A stretch of 64,000 bases of DNA from Myxococcota bacterium. Lineage in GTDB: Bacteria; Myxococcota_A; UBA796; CAJQPC01. Below are positions 29,050 to 39,048 of the stretch, piece after piece; the first letter of the stretch is position 1; the number at the start of each line of letters is the position of its first letter. The position numbers and the translations under genes were made by a program. The notes under the pieces were generated by a model, which had not been told where the DNA came from, did not search any database, and saw nothing but the letters and a program-made list of their open reading frames with translations. The stretch spans positions 21,866 to 85,865 of the forward strand of contig DASCPX010000183.1 of assembly GCA_036012755.1 (NCBI GenBank), read 5' to 3'.

Positions 29050-29954
29050 AGGAGCCTCCCGACCACGTCGACACCTTCCCAGCTCCCGTTGTCGACAGGT
29101 CGCTGGAGCTGGCCCGGGGCGCAGAGGGTGTGGAAGCCCACGGGCTCGACGTCGGTCGCACAGGCTCCGAGCGGGAGACCCTCCAGGATGGCGAGATCGT
29201 CCAGCGTCGCGATGGCGTGGACCGGCAGCATGCGGGGCAGGGGCGCCGGCGCGAGGAACTCCAGCGGCAACAGCGGGACCGCCCACTCGTTGCCGCTCCA
29301 GCAGCGCCCGCGGACCCGCCCGAGCCCGCAGCGTCGGCGCCACTCGGGGCCGACGGCCGGGTCGACCTCGCCGCGCGGCATGCTGATCGCGAGCTCGCGA
29401 AGGGCCTGGGCGACGCGCATCGCGAGGCGCTCGGCGTCCCCGAGGCAGAAGATCGCGGCGGGGCTGCGGCACCCCGCCCCGTCGTAGAGCGCCGCGTCCT
29501 CTGCCAGGGCTCGCGCGGTCGCATTGGAGATGTCCTCTACGACGGCGAAGCTGACCCGGTGGCCGAAGAGGGCCTTCGGACCAGCGAAGGCGCTCTCGAG
29601 GGTGGACATCGCCGCGTCGGCGCCAAAGGCGAGGAGGGCGTCGACCTGCTCCAGCAGGGTGAGATCGTGGCCCTCGACGCAGCGGACGCCGTAGGCCTCT
29701 GCGATGGCGCGAGTCGCCTCGGGCCTGCGGGACGGGGCCTTGAGCACCACCTCGCAGCCGAGCCTGGTGAAGCGGTCGACCCAGCGCAGAGGCGCGGTGA
29801 AGACGTTCTGCGCGCACCAGATGGCCACCCTGCGTGCGCTGCCGCTTCGCGTGGTCGCCGTCGAGATGCACTCCAACTCGACGCGCAGTGCCTCTCGGGC
29901 GCCCTCCTCCGAGAGGCCGGTGTTCCAGGTCGCGGGGTCGCCGAGAGCTCTCAC
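29046..29954 (-). CDS. LuxC-like acyl-CoA reductase (short)
   Basis: AQNV, VLKAPS, LLAFG, FGHRVSF, DAALYDGAGCRSP with the catalytic Cys. Confidence 0.75.
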   Translation of the reverse strand: MRALGDPATWNTGLSEEGAREALRVELECISTATTRSGSARRVAIWCAQNVFTAPLRWVDRFTRLGCEVVLKAPSRRPEATRAIAEAYGVRCVEGHDLTLLEQVDALLAFGADAAMSTLESAFAGPKALFGHRVSFAVVEDISNATARALAEDAALYDGAGCRSPAAIFCLGDAERLAMRVAQALRELAISMPRGEVDPAVGPEWRRRCGLGRVRGRCWSGNEWAVPLLPLEFLAPAPLPRMLPVHAIATLDDLAILEGLPLGACATDVEPVGFHTLCAPGQLQRPVDNGSWEGVDVVGRLL

Positions 29955-30805
29955 TCGGCCGCCAGCGAGCAGCCTCGGGGCTCGGCTCTCTGAAGTCGGC
30001 CCTGGAGGAAGACGCGACCCCCGCGGACCTCGCCGAGATCTTCGGTCTCGATCGCGAGCAGGCTGCTCCAGTTCGCCAGGTCCACGAAGCGCAAGAGCCC
30101 GACTCCCTCCGTGGGCTCGCCGCTGAGCGGATCGACCGCGTAGGGAACGAGCCAGCGGGGCGGAAGGTAGCCCTCACCGGGGGCACCCCACAGCTGGGAG
30201 GACAGCTCCGTCATGCCGTACTCGTCGATGCGCCGGAAGTGGGGCCCCAGGCCAGCGCGAAGGTCGAGGTGCTCCGGGGAGTCACCCTTGAAGCCACCCG
30301 TGACCATCACGACCGAGCCCGGCGGGAGCTCCATGACAGGCAGCTCGGCGGCTCGGGACGCGGTGGTGGCGACGAACACCGGGCCCTCGCCTGAGGGGGC
30401 ATCAGCGGTGGCGTCCGGGAAGAGCATTCGCATCATGTGACCCAGGGAGCTGTCAGCTGCCCTCGGGCAGAGGTTCAGGGCTTGTGGGGGCGGGTCCGTC
30501 ACGCAGGCCTCGAAGTGGAGACGCGCGGCCACATCGTAGGCCTCTGTGTCGGCCATCATGTGCACGCCCCGCTCCCCGGTCGTGCCGCTGGTGCGGAAGG
30601 TGACGCCCTGTCTCGAGGTGCAGAACACGAGCGCCCGGCAGAGTCGGACAGGCACCGCCGGGATCTCGTGGAGCGAGGTCGGCTCGACCCCCGCGGCGAA
30701 GTCCCGGTGGACCGGGGACACGGTGACCTGCCAGCGGAAGAGCTCCAGCGCGAAGGCCTCGACGTCGCCGCCGTGCCGGAGGAAGTCCAGGACACGAGCC
30801 CTCAC
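29951..30805 (-). CDS. LuxE-like acyl-protein synthetase
   Basis: FRTSGTTG, TGGFKG, EYGMTELSSQ, DLAN, TEDLG, GR...AEPRGCS. Confidence 0.82.
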   Translation of the reverse strand: MRARVLDFLRHGGDVEAFALELFRWQVTVSPVHRDFAAGVEPTSLHEIPAVPVRLCRALVFCTSRQGVTFRTSGTTGERGVHMMADTEAYDVAARLHFEACVTDPPPQALNLCPRAADSSLGHMMRMLFPDATADAPSGEGPVFVATTASRAAELPVMELPPGSVVMVTGGFKGDSPEHLDLRAGLGPHFRRIDEYGMTELSSQLWGAPGEGYLPPRWLVPYAVDPLSGEPTEGVGLLRFVDLANWSSLLAIETEDLGEVRGGRVFLQGRLQRAEPRGCSLAAE

Positions 30806-32043
30806 GACAGCTCTCCGAGGGCGCCCAGGAAGGCCTCGAGCTGCTCCTTGGTGACGGTCAGCGGTGGGGTCAGGGCCAGGACCTCGGCCTGCTCCCCGGC
30901 TGGCAGCGCGATGAACCCGCGCTCCAGCAGCCCGCGGCTCAGGGCCAGGCTGTCGGTGACCTCGAGACCCAGCAGGAGCCCGCGACCCCTGACCTGGCCG
31001 AAGCCGGCCAGCTCATCGGCGAACCAGCGCCCGAGCTCGGCAGCGCGCTGGGGAAGGGCCGTCTCGAGGATCACCTGGATGCAGGCCAGCGCCATCGCGC
31101 AGCCCGGGGGATGACCGAGGAAGGTCTGGGTGTGGAGCGCCTCGCCAGCGCTGGCGCCCCAGGCCTCCATGATCTCCCGGCGACCGACACAGGCCGAGAT
31201 GGGCGCCCCTCCGGCCATGCCCTTGCCGAGGCAGACGAGGTCGGGGAGGAGGCCCTCTGCCTGGAAGGCGAAGAGGCTGCCGGTGCGCCCGAAGCCCGTG
31301 TAGATCTCGTCGAGGATCAAGACGGCGCCTGCCTGATCGCAGGCCTCGCGCAGGTCCCCGAGCCAGCCGGCCGGGGGCACGCGGATGCCGCCGCGTCCCT
31401 GGATCGGCTCGACGAGCACGGCGCCGGCGTCGCCGAGATCGATCGCCCCACCAAAGGGGGCGTGGCGCACGTGGTGGCCGAGCTGCTCCTCGAAGGGCGC
31501 GCGGAAGGAAGCTGACTTGTAGGCGGTGGCGGCGAGCGCACCGTAGGAGAGGCCGTGGTAGCCGCCGGAGAAGGCCAGCACGCCTGGGCGCCCGCTGGCG
31601 ATGCGTGCCGTCTTCAGCGCCGCCTCCACCGCGTCGGAGCCAGAGGTCCCGAGGATGCTGTGGTCGAGCCCCGTGATCGCCGCGAGGCGCTCCAGGAGCT
31701 CGATGCGTCGCGGGTCCGGGAAGGCGTCTCCCATCGCGTGGGGAAGGCGCGAGAGCTGGGCTCGCCCCGCGGCGACGACCCGGGGGTGGCGGTGACCGAC
31801 GCTGGCCGCGCCGAAGCCAGCGGTGAGGTCGACGAAGACGTTGCCGTCGACATCACGGACGTTGGCTCCCAGGGCCTCGTCCCAGACCATCGGATCGGTG
31901 TCGGCGGTGCCGAGGGTCGCAGCGCGACGGGCTCGCCGCGCCGTGATCGCGGGGCACTCCCGCCGGGCGAGCCGGTCCACCCAGGCGCGCGAAGTCGGGC
32001 CCGGGACCGCGGTCTTCAGCGCTGGCAGGGAGCGACCGTCCAC
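30802..32043 (-). CDS. Class III PLP aminotransferase
   Basis: DVDGN.FVD, SGSDAVEAALK, GGYHG, EPIQG, DEIYTGFGRTG, GKGMAGG. Confidence 0.92.
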   Translation of the reverse strand: MDGRSLPALKTAVPGPTSRAWVDRLARRECPAITARRARRAATLGTADTDPMVWDEALGANVRDVDGNVFVDLTAGFGAASVGHRHPRVVAAGRAQLSRLPHAMGDAFPDPRRIELLERLAAITGLDHSILGTSGSDAVEAALKTARIASGRPGVLAFSGGYHGLSYGALAATAYKSASFRAPFEEQLGHHVRHAPFGGAIDLGDAGAVLVEPIQGRGGIRVPPAGWLGDLREACDQAGAVLILDEIYTGFGRTGSLFAFQAEGLLPDLVCLGKGMAGGAPISACVGRREIMEAWGASAGEALHTQTFLGHPPGCAMALACIQVILETALPQRAAELGRWFADELAGFGQVRGRGLLLGLEVTDSLALSRGLLERGFIALPAGEQAEVLALTPPLTVTKEQLEAFLGALGELS

Positions 32044-32079
32044 CTCGGCCCTCTAACCCCAGGCAAGATAGTGGAGCGC

Positions 32080-33501
32080 GTGCTCCTCCCCATCCTGCTG
32101 GCCTGCACAGGTGGGCCGACGCTGGTCCAGCCCGAGGGCACCATCGTGCTGGACCTCGTCAACCCGACCCCGACCGACGCGTTCAGCGGCGTCGACGAGA
32201 TCTCGATCGAGCTCCGCGTCGGCGGCGTCGTAGTGGCGTCGGAGACCTTCGGCGTCGACGAGCCGGCCGAGATTCCAGGCCTCGATGCCTTCGGCACAGG
32301 GCGCTTCCACGTCGCTGGGCTCTCCGGCGGCACCGTCATCAGCTATGGCCGCTCGCCAGAGATCCTGCTTGGACCCGACCAGGACCACAACGTCGCGATC
32401 ACCTTCCTGCCGGTCAACCAGGTCCTTTCCATCGCGGACTCGATGGCCGAGCCCCGCTCGCAGCATGGCGCCGTCCGGCTCCCCGACAACCGCATCCTGC
32501 TGCTCGGCGGGGCCAATCCGAACCGGGACGCCAGCTACGACGACGTCGAGATCTACGACCCGAGCGAGGGCATCTTCAAGCCCACCGGGACCTACCTGCC
32601 GCTGTCGCTGTACGACGTCGAGCTGTCGTTCTCGACGGACCGGACGATCTGGCTCAACGGAGGGCGGACGCTGTTGTCAGAGGGGCCGAAGGTGCAGGCC
32701 ATTTTCTTCGAGTACGACCCGGTCACCGAGCAGATAGAGATGGCCGCCGACATGAACGTGTCCCGGGCCGGTCACTGCTTCCACGAGTTCCGCGACGGCT
32801 TCGGCGCCGCCATGGGTGGGAACCGGGACACCCCCGCGATCGACTACCTGCGTCCGGACCCCGACACCGGCGAGTGGACCTGGTCAGAGGTCGTGATCAG
32901 CGGCCTGGACCAGACGGCGATGACGGGCTGCGCCGCGCTGCCCACCGGCGAGGTCTTCGTCCAGGGCCTCAGTGACGACTCCACCGGCCTCTTCGACTTC
33001 AGCGAGGACGCCGCCGCAGCCAACCCGAACATCTCTGACGCCTTCTACGCCGTCGAGAGCGGGACCTACGAGCTGCTCGACGGCGCGATGCTGATCCCCG
33101 TCTCCGATGAGCAGGTCTGGGTCGGCGGTGGGCGCACCATCGGTGGCGTGTCCGACACCACCGGGCGCATCTTCGACGTCCCGACCCGCAGCTTCGTGGG
33201 TGGGGTGGATCCCTCTCGCGAGCGGGTCGACGGCCAGTGGGACGAGTGGATCGAGGATGGCTGGTACGCCCTGGGCTGCGGCTCGCCCGACGGCGACAAC
33301 TCTCGCTCCCAGACCACGATCGAGCTCATCAACCTGCTCTCCGGCGAGCGCTACTCCTACGTCGAGGGGGACCGCAGCCGTCCAGGTTGTGAGCTGACGG
33401 TGCAAGCCGACGGCGCGATCCTCATCACCGGTGGCTTCGAGTCCGGCGGTGACGCCGAAGCGAGCGCCGCCGTGATGGTCCCCTACAACCCCCAGGAGTG
33501 A
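32080..33501 (+). CDS. Kelch-repeat lipoprotein
   Basis: MLLPILLA-C; PRSQH..RILLLGG..EIYDP repeats. Alternative GTG at 32071. Confidence 0.72.
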   Translation: MLLPILLACTGGPTLVQPEGTIVLDLVNPTPTDAFSGVDEISIELRVGGVVVASETFGVDEPAEIPGLDAFGTGRFHVAGLSGGTVISYGRSPEILLGPDQDHNVAITFLPVNQVLSIADSMAEPRSQHGAVRLPDNRILLLGGANPNRDASYDDVEIYDPSEGIFKPTGTYLPLSLYDVELSFSTDRTIWLNGGRTLLSEGPKVQAIFFEYDPVTEQIEMAADMNVSRAGHCFHEFRDGFGAAMGGNRDTPAIDYLRPDPDTGEWTWSEVVISGLDQTAMTGCAALPTGEVFVQGLSDDSTGLFDFSEDAAAANPNISDAFYAVESGTYELLDGAMLIPVSDEQVWVGGGRTIGGVSDTTGRIFDVPTRSFVGGVDPSRERVDGQWDEWIEDGWYALGCGSPDGDNSRSQTTIELINLLSGERYSYVEGDRSRPGCELTVQADGAILITGGFESGGDAEASAAVMVPYNPQE

Positions 33502-33502
33502 G

Positions 33503-34939
33503 TCACGGGCCGAAGCGGTGGGTCAGCGCGGCGATGAGCCTGGCGTGGATGCCGTCGAAGCTGCCGTTGCTGAAGATCGCGACGACGTCCCCCTCGACGG
33601 CGTTGGCAGCGACGGCGGCGACGATGTCCTCTGTGTGGTCGAGGCAGGTCGCCTCCACGCCACGGGCTCGGATGTCGCTGGCGAGGGCGTGGGGGTCGAG
33701 GCGCTCCTCCGCCCCGATGCGCTCGTCGTAGGTGGCCTTGATGATCACGCAGTCCGCGCCGTCGAAGGCCTCTGCGTAGGGTCGCTGGAAGATCTTGCGG
33801 CGAGATGTGTTCGAGCGCGGCTCGAAGACGACCCAGAGGCGGCGCCCCCCGAAGCGGAGGCGGAGGGCCTCTGTGGTCACCCGCACGGCGGTCGGGTGGT
33901 GGGCGAAGTCGTCGACGACGGTCACACCTCCGACCTCGCCGATGATGTCCTGGCGCCGCTTGATGCCGCGGAAGGTGTCGAAGCCGCGAGACAGCTGATC
34001 CGCTGAGAGCCCCTCGCGCTCGAGCGCCGCGACAGCCGCGACCTGGTTGTAGAGGTTGTGCTCGCCGACGAGGATCGAGCTGAACACGCCGAAGGGCTGG
34101 CCCTCGCGCAGCACCGAGAAGCGCATGACGCCGCGGTCGTGGTCGACGGCCTCGACGCGCCCGTCCCACTGCTGGTTTGGCCCGTACTTCCGGACCTCGC
34201 AGGGGGCGTCCTCGCAGACCGCGCGAACCGTCGGGTGGTCCCAGCGCGCGACGAGGCAGCCGTCCTCTGGCATCGACGCCACCAGCTCGCGGAAGGCCTC
34301 CTGGCAGTGCTCCAGGTCCCGGTAGATGTCCGCGTGGTCGAACTCGACGCTCGTGATGATCGCGGTGTCGGCGCGGTAGCTCAGGAACTTCGGGCGCTTG
34401 TCGAAGAAGGCGGTGTCGTACTCGTCCCCCTCGATGACGAAGTGACTGCCGCCACCGGCCCTCGCCGTGCGATCCCAGCCGTGCACCACGCCGCCGACGA
34501 GGTAGCCGGGATCGAGCCCGGCGTCGTCGGCCAGCCAGGCGGCGATCGCGGTCGTGGTCGTCTTTCCGTGGGTGCCGGCGCAGACGATGGACCTGGCCTC
34601 GCGCAGGAAGAGCTCGCCGAGCACGTGCGGGAAGGAACAGTAGGCGAGGTCCCGCTCGAGCACGGCCGCGGCCTCTTCGTAGACCGCTCGGATGACGTTG
34701 CCGACGACCACGAGGTCGGGGCCGTGGTCGAGGTTCGAGGCGACGTAGCCCTTCTGGATCTCGATCCCGAGCGAGGCGAGGTAGTCGCTCATCGGTGGGT
34801 AGGCGCCGGTGTCGGAGCCGGTCACGGTGAAGCCGGCGTCCGACAACATGCCGGCGATGGCACCCATGGCCGTGCCGCAGATGCCCATCACGTGGATGGT
34901 CTTCAGCTCCTCTGGGAGCCCTTGGTCGTAGAGAGGCAT
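33503..34939 (-). CDS. mpl: Murein tripeptide ligase Mpl (MurC family)
   Basis: GICGTAMG, GTHGKTTT, EGDEYDTAFFDK, DDFAHHPTA, FEPRSNTS, SNGSF. Confidence 0.9.
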   Translation of the reverse strand: MPLYDQGLPEELKTIHVMGICGTAMGAIAGMLSDAGFTVTGSDTGAYPPMSDYLASLGIEIQKGYVASNLDHGPDLVVVGNVIRAVYEEAAAVLERDLAYCSFPHVLGELFLREARSIVCAGTHGKTTTTAIAAWLADDAGLDPGYLVGGVVHGWDRTARAGGGSHFVIEGDEYDTAFFDKRPKFLSYRADTAIITSVEFDHADIYRDLEHCQEAFRELVASMPEDGCLVARWDHPTVRAVCEDAPCEVRKYGPNQQWDGRVEAVDHDRGVMRFSVLREGQPFGVFSSILVGEHNLYNQVAAVAALEREGLSADQLSRGFDTFRGIKRRQDIIGEVGGVTVVDDFAHHPTAVRVTTEALRLRFGGRRLWVVFEPRSNTSRRKIFQRPYAEAFDGADCVIIKATYDERIGAEERLDPHALASDIRARGVEATCLDHTEDIVAAVAANAVEGDVVAIFSNGSFDGIHARLIAALTHRFGP

Positions 34940-35526
34940 GCTCGGGTGTGCGGAGCGACGGTGGAGGGGAGGGTGCGGAGTGACTGACGCAGCATGGACA
35001 GCGCGTCGGGGGTGTCCACGTCATACCAGAAGGGAAGCAGATCGCAGTCGAGGTGTGCGGCTCGCAGCAGGGTCTCGGCGAGGACGGCGTCCGTGCTCCA
35101 GGGCATCTCCGCCATCAACTCCGGGTGCGGGCGCTGCCAGGCGATGCCCCAGTAGCCTCCGTCGAAGGCCGGGCCTATGGCGAGCTCGTGTCGCCCGGCG
35201 GCGAGGCGCTGGAGCAGCTCTGGCGGCAGGGTAGGGGAGTCCGTTCCCAGCGCCACAGACGGCCCCCGCATCGCGTGGAGCATGCGCGCGCCGAGGTCCC
35301 CCTGGACCTGGGCTTCGACCGGACAGTCGAGAGCCTGCACCCAGGGATGGTCGAGGTCTCCGGCGATCGAGGCGGTGAGCTCCAGGTCACAGGACCGCAC
35401 CAGCGCGAAGACATCCGCGGCCATCGCGGCGTGGAGCTCGGCAGCGCCCTCTGGACCGAGGGCCGGGATCAGCCGGGTCTTCACCGTGCCCGGGACCGGA
35501 GGCCTGGTGAACACGACGGCCCTCAC
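34903..35526 (-). CDS. DUF2064/TIGR04282-family (CofC-like) transferase
   Basis: PGTVKTRL, GDLGARM, GTDSP, GPAFDGGY, WYDVD. GTGA overlap. Confidence 0.85.
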   Translation of the reverse strand: MRAVVFTRPPVPGTVKTRLIPALGPEGAAELHAAMAADVFALVRSCDLELTASIAGDLDHPWVQALDCPVEAQVQGDLGARMLHAMRGPSVALGTDSPTLPPELLQRLAAGRHELAIGPAFDGGYWGIAWQRPHPELMAEMPWSTDAVLAETLLRAAHLDCDLLPFWYDVDTPDALSMLRQSLRTLPSTVAPHTRACLSTTKGSQRS

Positions 35527-36203
35527 GTTCGATGCCGCCAGGTCGCGCGCAGGATGCCGATGCCTGCTCGGATCGTGCCGCGGACGGTGCCCGAGATCTT
35601 CGAGCGACCGCCGCCCCGAGGCCGGTAGCGCACGGGCACCTCCTGGACCCGAAGGCCGTTCTGGACTGCCTTCATCTGCATCTCCACGTTCCAGCCGTAG
35701 GTCATCTCCGACATGCGCAGGGCCAGCAGCACGTCCCAGCGGAGGGCTCGGAAGGGGCCCATGTCCCGGTAGGTCCAGCCCGTCCAGCGGCGGATGAGGC
35801 GGGTCGCCAGCAGGTTCCCGAAGCGCTGGTTGGGCAGGAGCGCGCCCTGCTCGGCGAGGCTGACGCGCTCTCCCAGGACCATGTCGGCTTCGCCCTTGAG
35901 GATGGGCCTCAACAACAGCGGCAGGTCGTCCACGTTGTCGCTTCCGTCCGCGTCGAGGATGACGATGATGTCCGGTGGTGTCTCCTCCAGGTGTGCAAAG
36001 CCCGCGAGACAAGCAGAGCCGTAGCCCCTGCGCTCCTCGATCACGAGCTCGGCGCCCCCTTCCAGCGCGATGTCTCTGGTGCGGTCCGTGGAGCCGTTGT
36101 CGACGACGATGACCCGCCCGGGACGAAGTCTGCGGAGGTCCGCGAGCACCGACGGGAGGGCCTCCTCCTCGTTGAGGGCGGGGATGACGACCGCGACGCG
36201 CAC
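35523..36203 (-). CDS. Glycosyltransferase family 2
   Basis: IPALNEE, VDNGSTD, GYGSAC, LDADG, DMGPFRA. Confidence 0.9.
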   Translation of the reverse strand: MRVAVVIPALNEEEALPSVLADLRRLRPGRVIVVDNGSTDRTRDIALEGGAELVIEERRGYGSACLAGFAHLEETPPDIIVILDADGSDNVDDLPLLLRPILKGEADMVLGERVSLAEQGALLPNQRFGNLLATRLIRRWTGWTYRDMGPFRALRWDVLLALRMSEMTYGWNVEMQMKAVQNGLRVQEVPVRYRPRGGGRSKISGTVRGTIRAGIGILRATWRHRT

Positions 36204-36226
36204 CGTCGGTGGTTAATGTGCACCTG

Positions 36227-36667
36227 ATGCTCGCGCTTGCACTGCTGTTGTCCGTCGACGCCGCCGACAACCCCTTCCGCGTGCAGCCCCAGGGGCTCTC
36301 CGTGCCTGCTGGGTCCTCTGCCAAGGCCACCTTCGTCATCACCGTCCCCGACGGCACCTTCCTGTACCAGGACATGACGGAGGTGAAGGTGGTGGCCTCC
36401 GCGCCGCTGACCGCTGGTGCGCCCGACCTGCCTCCTGCGGTCGAGAAGGAGGACCCGGTCCTGGGCATGACGCGATCCATCTGGGATCAAGACGTCTACA
36501 TCGAGATCCCGGTCACGGCTCCGGCAGAGCTGGGCGACCACTCGCTGGTCCTCGAGGCCAGGTACCAGGGCTGCAAGGGCACGCTCTGCTACATGCCGGT
36601 GACAGAGGAGGTCACGATCCCCGTGCGCGTCCTAGCCGCCGTAGATGCCGACGCTGGAGCTCCCTGA
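36227..36667 (+). CDS. Stand-alone DsbD N-terminal-like domain protein
   Basis: Signal peptide; YQGCKGTLCYMP motif. Confidence 0.72.
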   Translation: MLALALLLSVDAADNPFRVQPQGLSVPAGSSAKATFVITVPDGTFLYQDMTEVKVVASAPLTAGAPDLPPAVEKEDPVLGMTRSIWDQDVYIEIPVTAPAELGDHSLVLEARYQGCKGTLCYMPVTEEVTIPVRVLAAVDADAGAP

Positions 36668-38308
36668 GACCACGTCACCGCGGGTCGAGCCCGTCGTCTC
36701 GAGCGACAGCGTGCCCTCGCCCAGGTACGCCCAGACCTGCCAGTTGTCCAGGTCGCCCGCGTCGTAGAGCAGGTAGGCCTGCACCCTGTTCCAGTCCACC
36801 GGCAGCGTGCCTTCCTGGGTGAGGTCGTCGGTCTCGGCCAGGGCGTAGTAGGCGATGGCGTCGCCGCCCTCGAGCCGCCCCGAGGCGAAGAGGATGGACG
36901 AGCCGGTCTCGTGCTCGCCGATGACGGCGCTCATGAACTCCACCGGCATCTCCTCCCCGTAGAGGGTCACCTCGAAGGAGCCTGAGCCGTAGGCGAAGGT
37001 GTTCTCTGTTCCGTAGCTGCCCCAGGTCGTGTCGAAGGTGACATCGAAGCGTCCCTGCTCGGCGAGGCAGATCGCCTCCCGAAGCGAGTCGTCGATGGTG
37101 GGGGGACCGCTGGCGAGCTCGTCTTCGATGTGTCCGCGCCTCGAGGTGATGAAGTCACCCATGTTCTGGATGGTCTGGCGCCGCAGGGACTTGTCCTCGT
37201 AGTCGCTCAGGTAGGGCTTGGTCAGCGCCTCCATCTCGTCGAGCCGGGTCGCCCAGTGGGACTCGTCCCAGGTCGTCTCGAGCAGGCCATCGAGGGCCTC
37301 GAAGTAGCGGTCCTGACCCTCGGCCGTGTTGTAGATCCGCCATGCCAGCATGCTCTCACCGGTCACGCTGGTCGGGCTGTAGGCGCCGAAGGGCTGCTCG
37401 CCCTCCAGGACGGCGTCGACACCCCACGGGATGAAGTGGAAGCGGTCGCCGTCGTCCGGATCCGCGTAGACGTAGAAGTTGTTGGTGTTGGCCGTGTAGC
37501 TGTCCCAGTGGCCGATGAGCACCTCTGTGGCCCATGCCCGCAGGAAGGCGTCGACGTCCACGACCTCGTCCAGCTCGGCCAGCACCTCGTCGTCATCGGC
37601 CTCGAGCGCGGCCACCACGGCGGCGAGGTCCGCTCGGTCGCTGCCACCCCACTCGTCCTCGAAGGTGTCTGTCCAGCCCTCGCGGAAGTCCGACAGGGTG
37701 CCCTCGTAGAGGTGGCCGTCGCCGTCGCCGAACTCCCGTCGAAGCAGCTGGCGCTTGACCGGCTCGATGTTGGAGTACAGCCCGAGATCCTCGCCGTTGA
37801 CGACCACGTGGGCGAAGTTGCAGCGCGACGCGGGCACCCCGGCGGCCTCGTAGATCTCGAGGGCCATGCAGGTCTTCAGCCGCGAGGGGTCCTGGCGGGT
37901 GTTGTTGAGCGTCAGGTGCTCGACCTCGTGCCAGCGCTGTCCGCTGACGATGTCGTCGAGGTCCAGCTTGATGCCCGGACGTGTCGACTCCTGGGAGCCG
38001 ATGAGCCCCTTCTTCCTGATGGCGACTGACTCCATGAGGTCGCCGTCGAGGGTCACGTCAGCCTCGAACCAGGTGTAGGGATGAGCGAAGGGCTCATCCA
38101 TGCAGTCCTCGCCGGCGAGGATGTCGAAGATGTTCCGCGCCTGGTTCCGCATCTCCTCGAAGTCCGCCTCCGACATCTCGATCTCGACCTCGATGACGTG
38201 GTCGGGGTCGTAGACGACCGCGGTCGGGTCGGTCTCCGGAGCGGCCGAGTCGTCGACGGGCAGGTTCGGGACGCTGTTCCGGGTGCAGGCCAGCAGGAGG
38301 ATGGTCAC
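36632..38308 (-). CDS. CotH kinase family lipoprotein
   Basis: MTILLLA-C; IRKKG, LTLNN, LGLYSNIE, HWDSY, NNFYVY, FIPWGVD. Confidence 0.85.
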   Translation of the reverse strand: MTILLLACTRNSVPNLPVDDSAAPETDPTAVVYDPDHVIEVEIEMSEADFEEMRNQARNIFDILAGEDCMDEPFAHPYTWFEADVTLDGDLMESVAIRKKGLIGSQESTRPGIKLDLDDIVSGQRWHEVEHLTLNNTRQDPSRLKTCMALEIYEAAGVPASRCNFAHVVVNGEDLGLYSNIEPVKRQLLRREFGDGDGHLYEGTLSDFREGWTDTFEDEWGGSDRADLAAVVAALEADDDEVLAELDEVVDVDAFLRAWATEVLIGHWDSYTANTNNFYVYADPDDGDRFHFIPWGVDAVLEGEQPFGAYSPTSVTGESMLAWRIYNTAEGQDRYFEALDGLLETTWDESHWATRLDEMEALTKPYLSDYEDKSLRRQTIQNMGDFITSRRGHIEDELASGPPTIDDSLREAICLAEQGRFDVTFDTTWGSYGTENTFAYGSGSFEVTLYGEEMPVEFMSAVIGEHETGSSILFASGRLEGGDAIAYYALAETDDLTQEGTLPVDWNRVQAYLLYDAGDLDNWQVWAYLGEGTLSLETTGSTRGDVVSGSSSVGIYGG

Positions 38309-38994
38309 GAACCCAAGGGTAGCGTCGGATCGGCGAGGTGGGCGTGGTCGTTGAGGCGATGGACGCGCAGACCGGACTCCGACCAGCCGAGCAGCGACAG
38401 CGCCGTGTTCGGTTGGCGGACGTAGGGCAGGAAGCGGAAGGGGAGACCAACAGCGGTGAGCACGGCCACCGCCAGCGCCATCTGGTGGGTGACGATGACG
38501 ACGGGGACGCCTGGACCGTGACGCCTGCCGAGGTCTTCCAGCGCTGGGATCACTCGGGCTGCCAGCTCTCGCAGGGTCTCTCCGCCGGGGACCCGCACGT
38601 CGGTCGGGTCGATGGCCCAGGCGGTGAAGATCTCGGGGTTGTCCGGGACCACCTCCTGTGCGAGCAGGCCCTCGAAGTCGCCCTGGTCGAGCTCCTGGAG
38701 GGCTGGGAGCAGCCGAGGTGGCCCGAGAGGCTCCGCGGTCTGGGCCGCCCTCGACAGCGGCGAGCTGTAGAGCGCCGCCCGGGGGAGGGATCGGAGCCGG
38801 CGGCACACGGCCTCTGCCTGGTCACGTCCCACCTCGTCCAGAGGGACGTCCATGCAGCCCACGAAGCGGCGCTCGACGTTGGCTCGTGTGCGGCCGTGTC
38901 GGAGCAGCAACAGCGGCGTCTCGCCCCCCTCCGCGCACTCGGCGAGGGCTCGTGAGAGAGGGTCGGGCGGGGGCAGTTTTTGCACGCTCTGCAC
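38305..38994 (-). CDS. Histidine phosphatase family protein
   Basis: LRHGRT, YSSPLSRA, ELDQGDFEG, GGET, VTH, LNDHAHL. Start 38994 or 38985. Confidence 0.88.
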   Translation of the reverse strand: MQSVQKLPPPDPLSRALAECAEGGETPLLLLRHGRTRANVERRFVGCMDVPLDEVGRDQAEAVCRRLRSLPRAALYSSPLSRAAQTAEPLGPPRLLPALQELDQGDFEGLLAQEVVPDNPEIFTAWAIDPTDVRVPGGETLRELAARVIPALEDLGRRHGPGVPVVIVTHQMALAVAVLTAVGLPFRFLPYVRQPNTALSLLGWSESGLRVHRLNDHAHLADPTLPLGS

Positions 38995-39048
38995 GTACCC
39001 CCTACCACCGGGGCGGGGTAGGGTGAAGTGCACTCTCGAGGCGGAGAA

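Noticed and set aside
29046..30805. Bioluminescence operon
   Set aside because: No luxA, luxB or luxD in the window. luxC/E-like genes are widespread without luciferase.
34903..36203. Arsenosugar or selenosugar biosynthesis cluster
   Set aside because: The DUF2064 + GT2 pair is present, but no radical SAM, ArsM or SelD gene is nearby.
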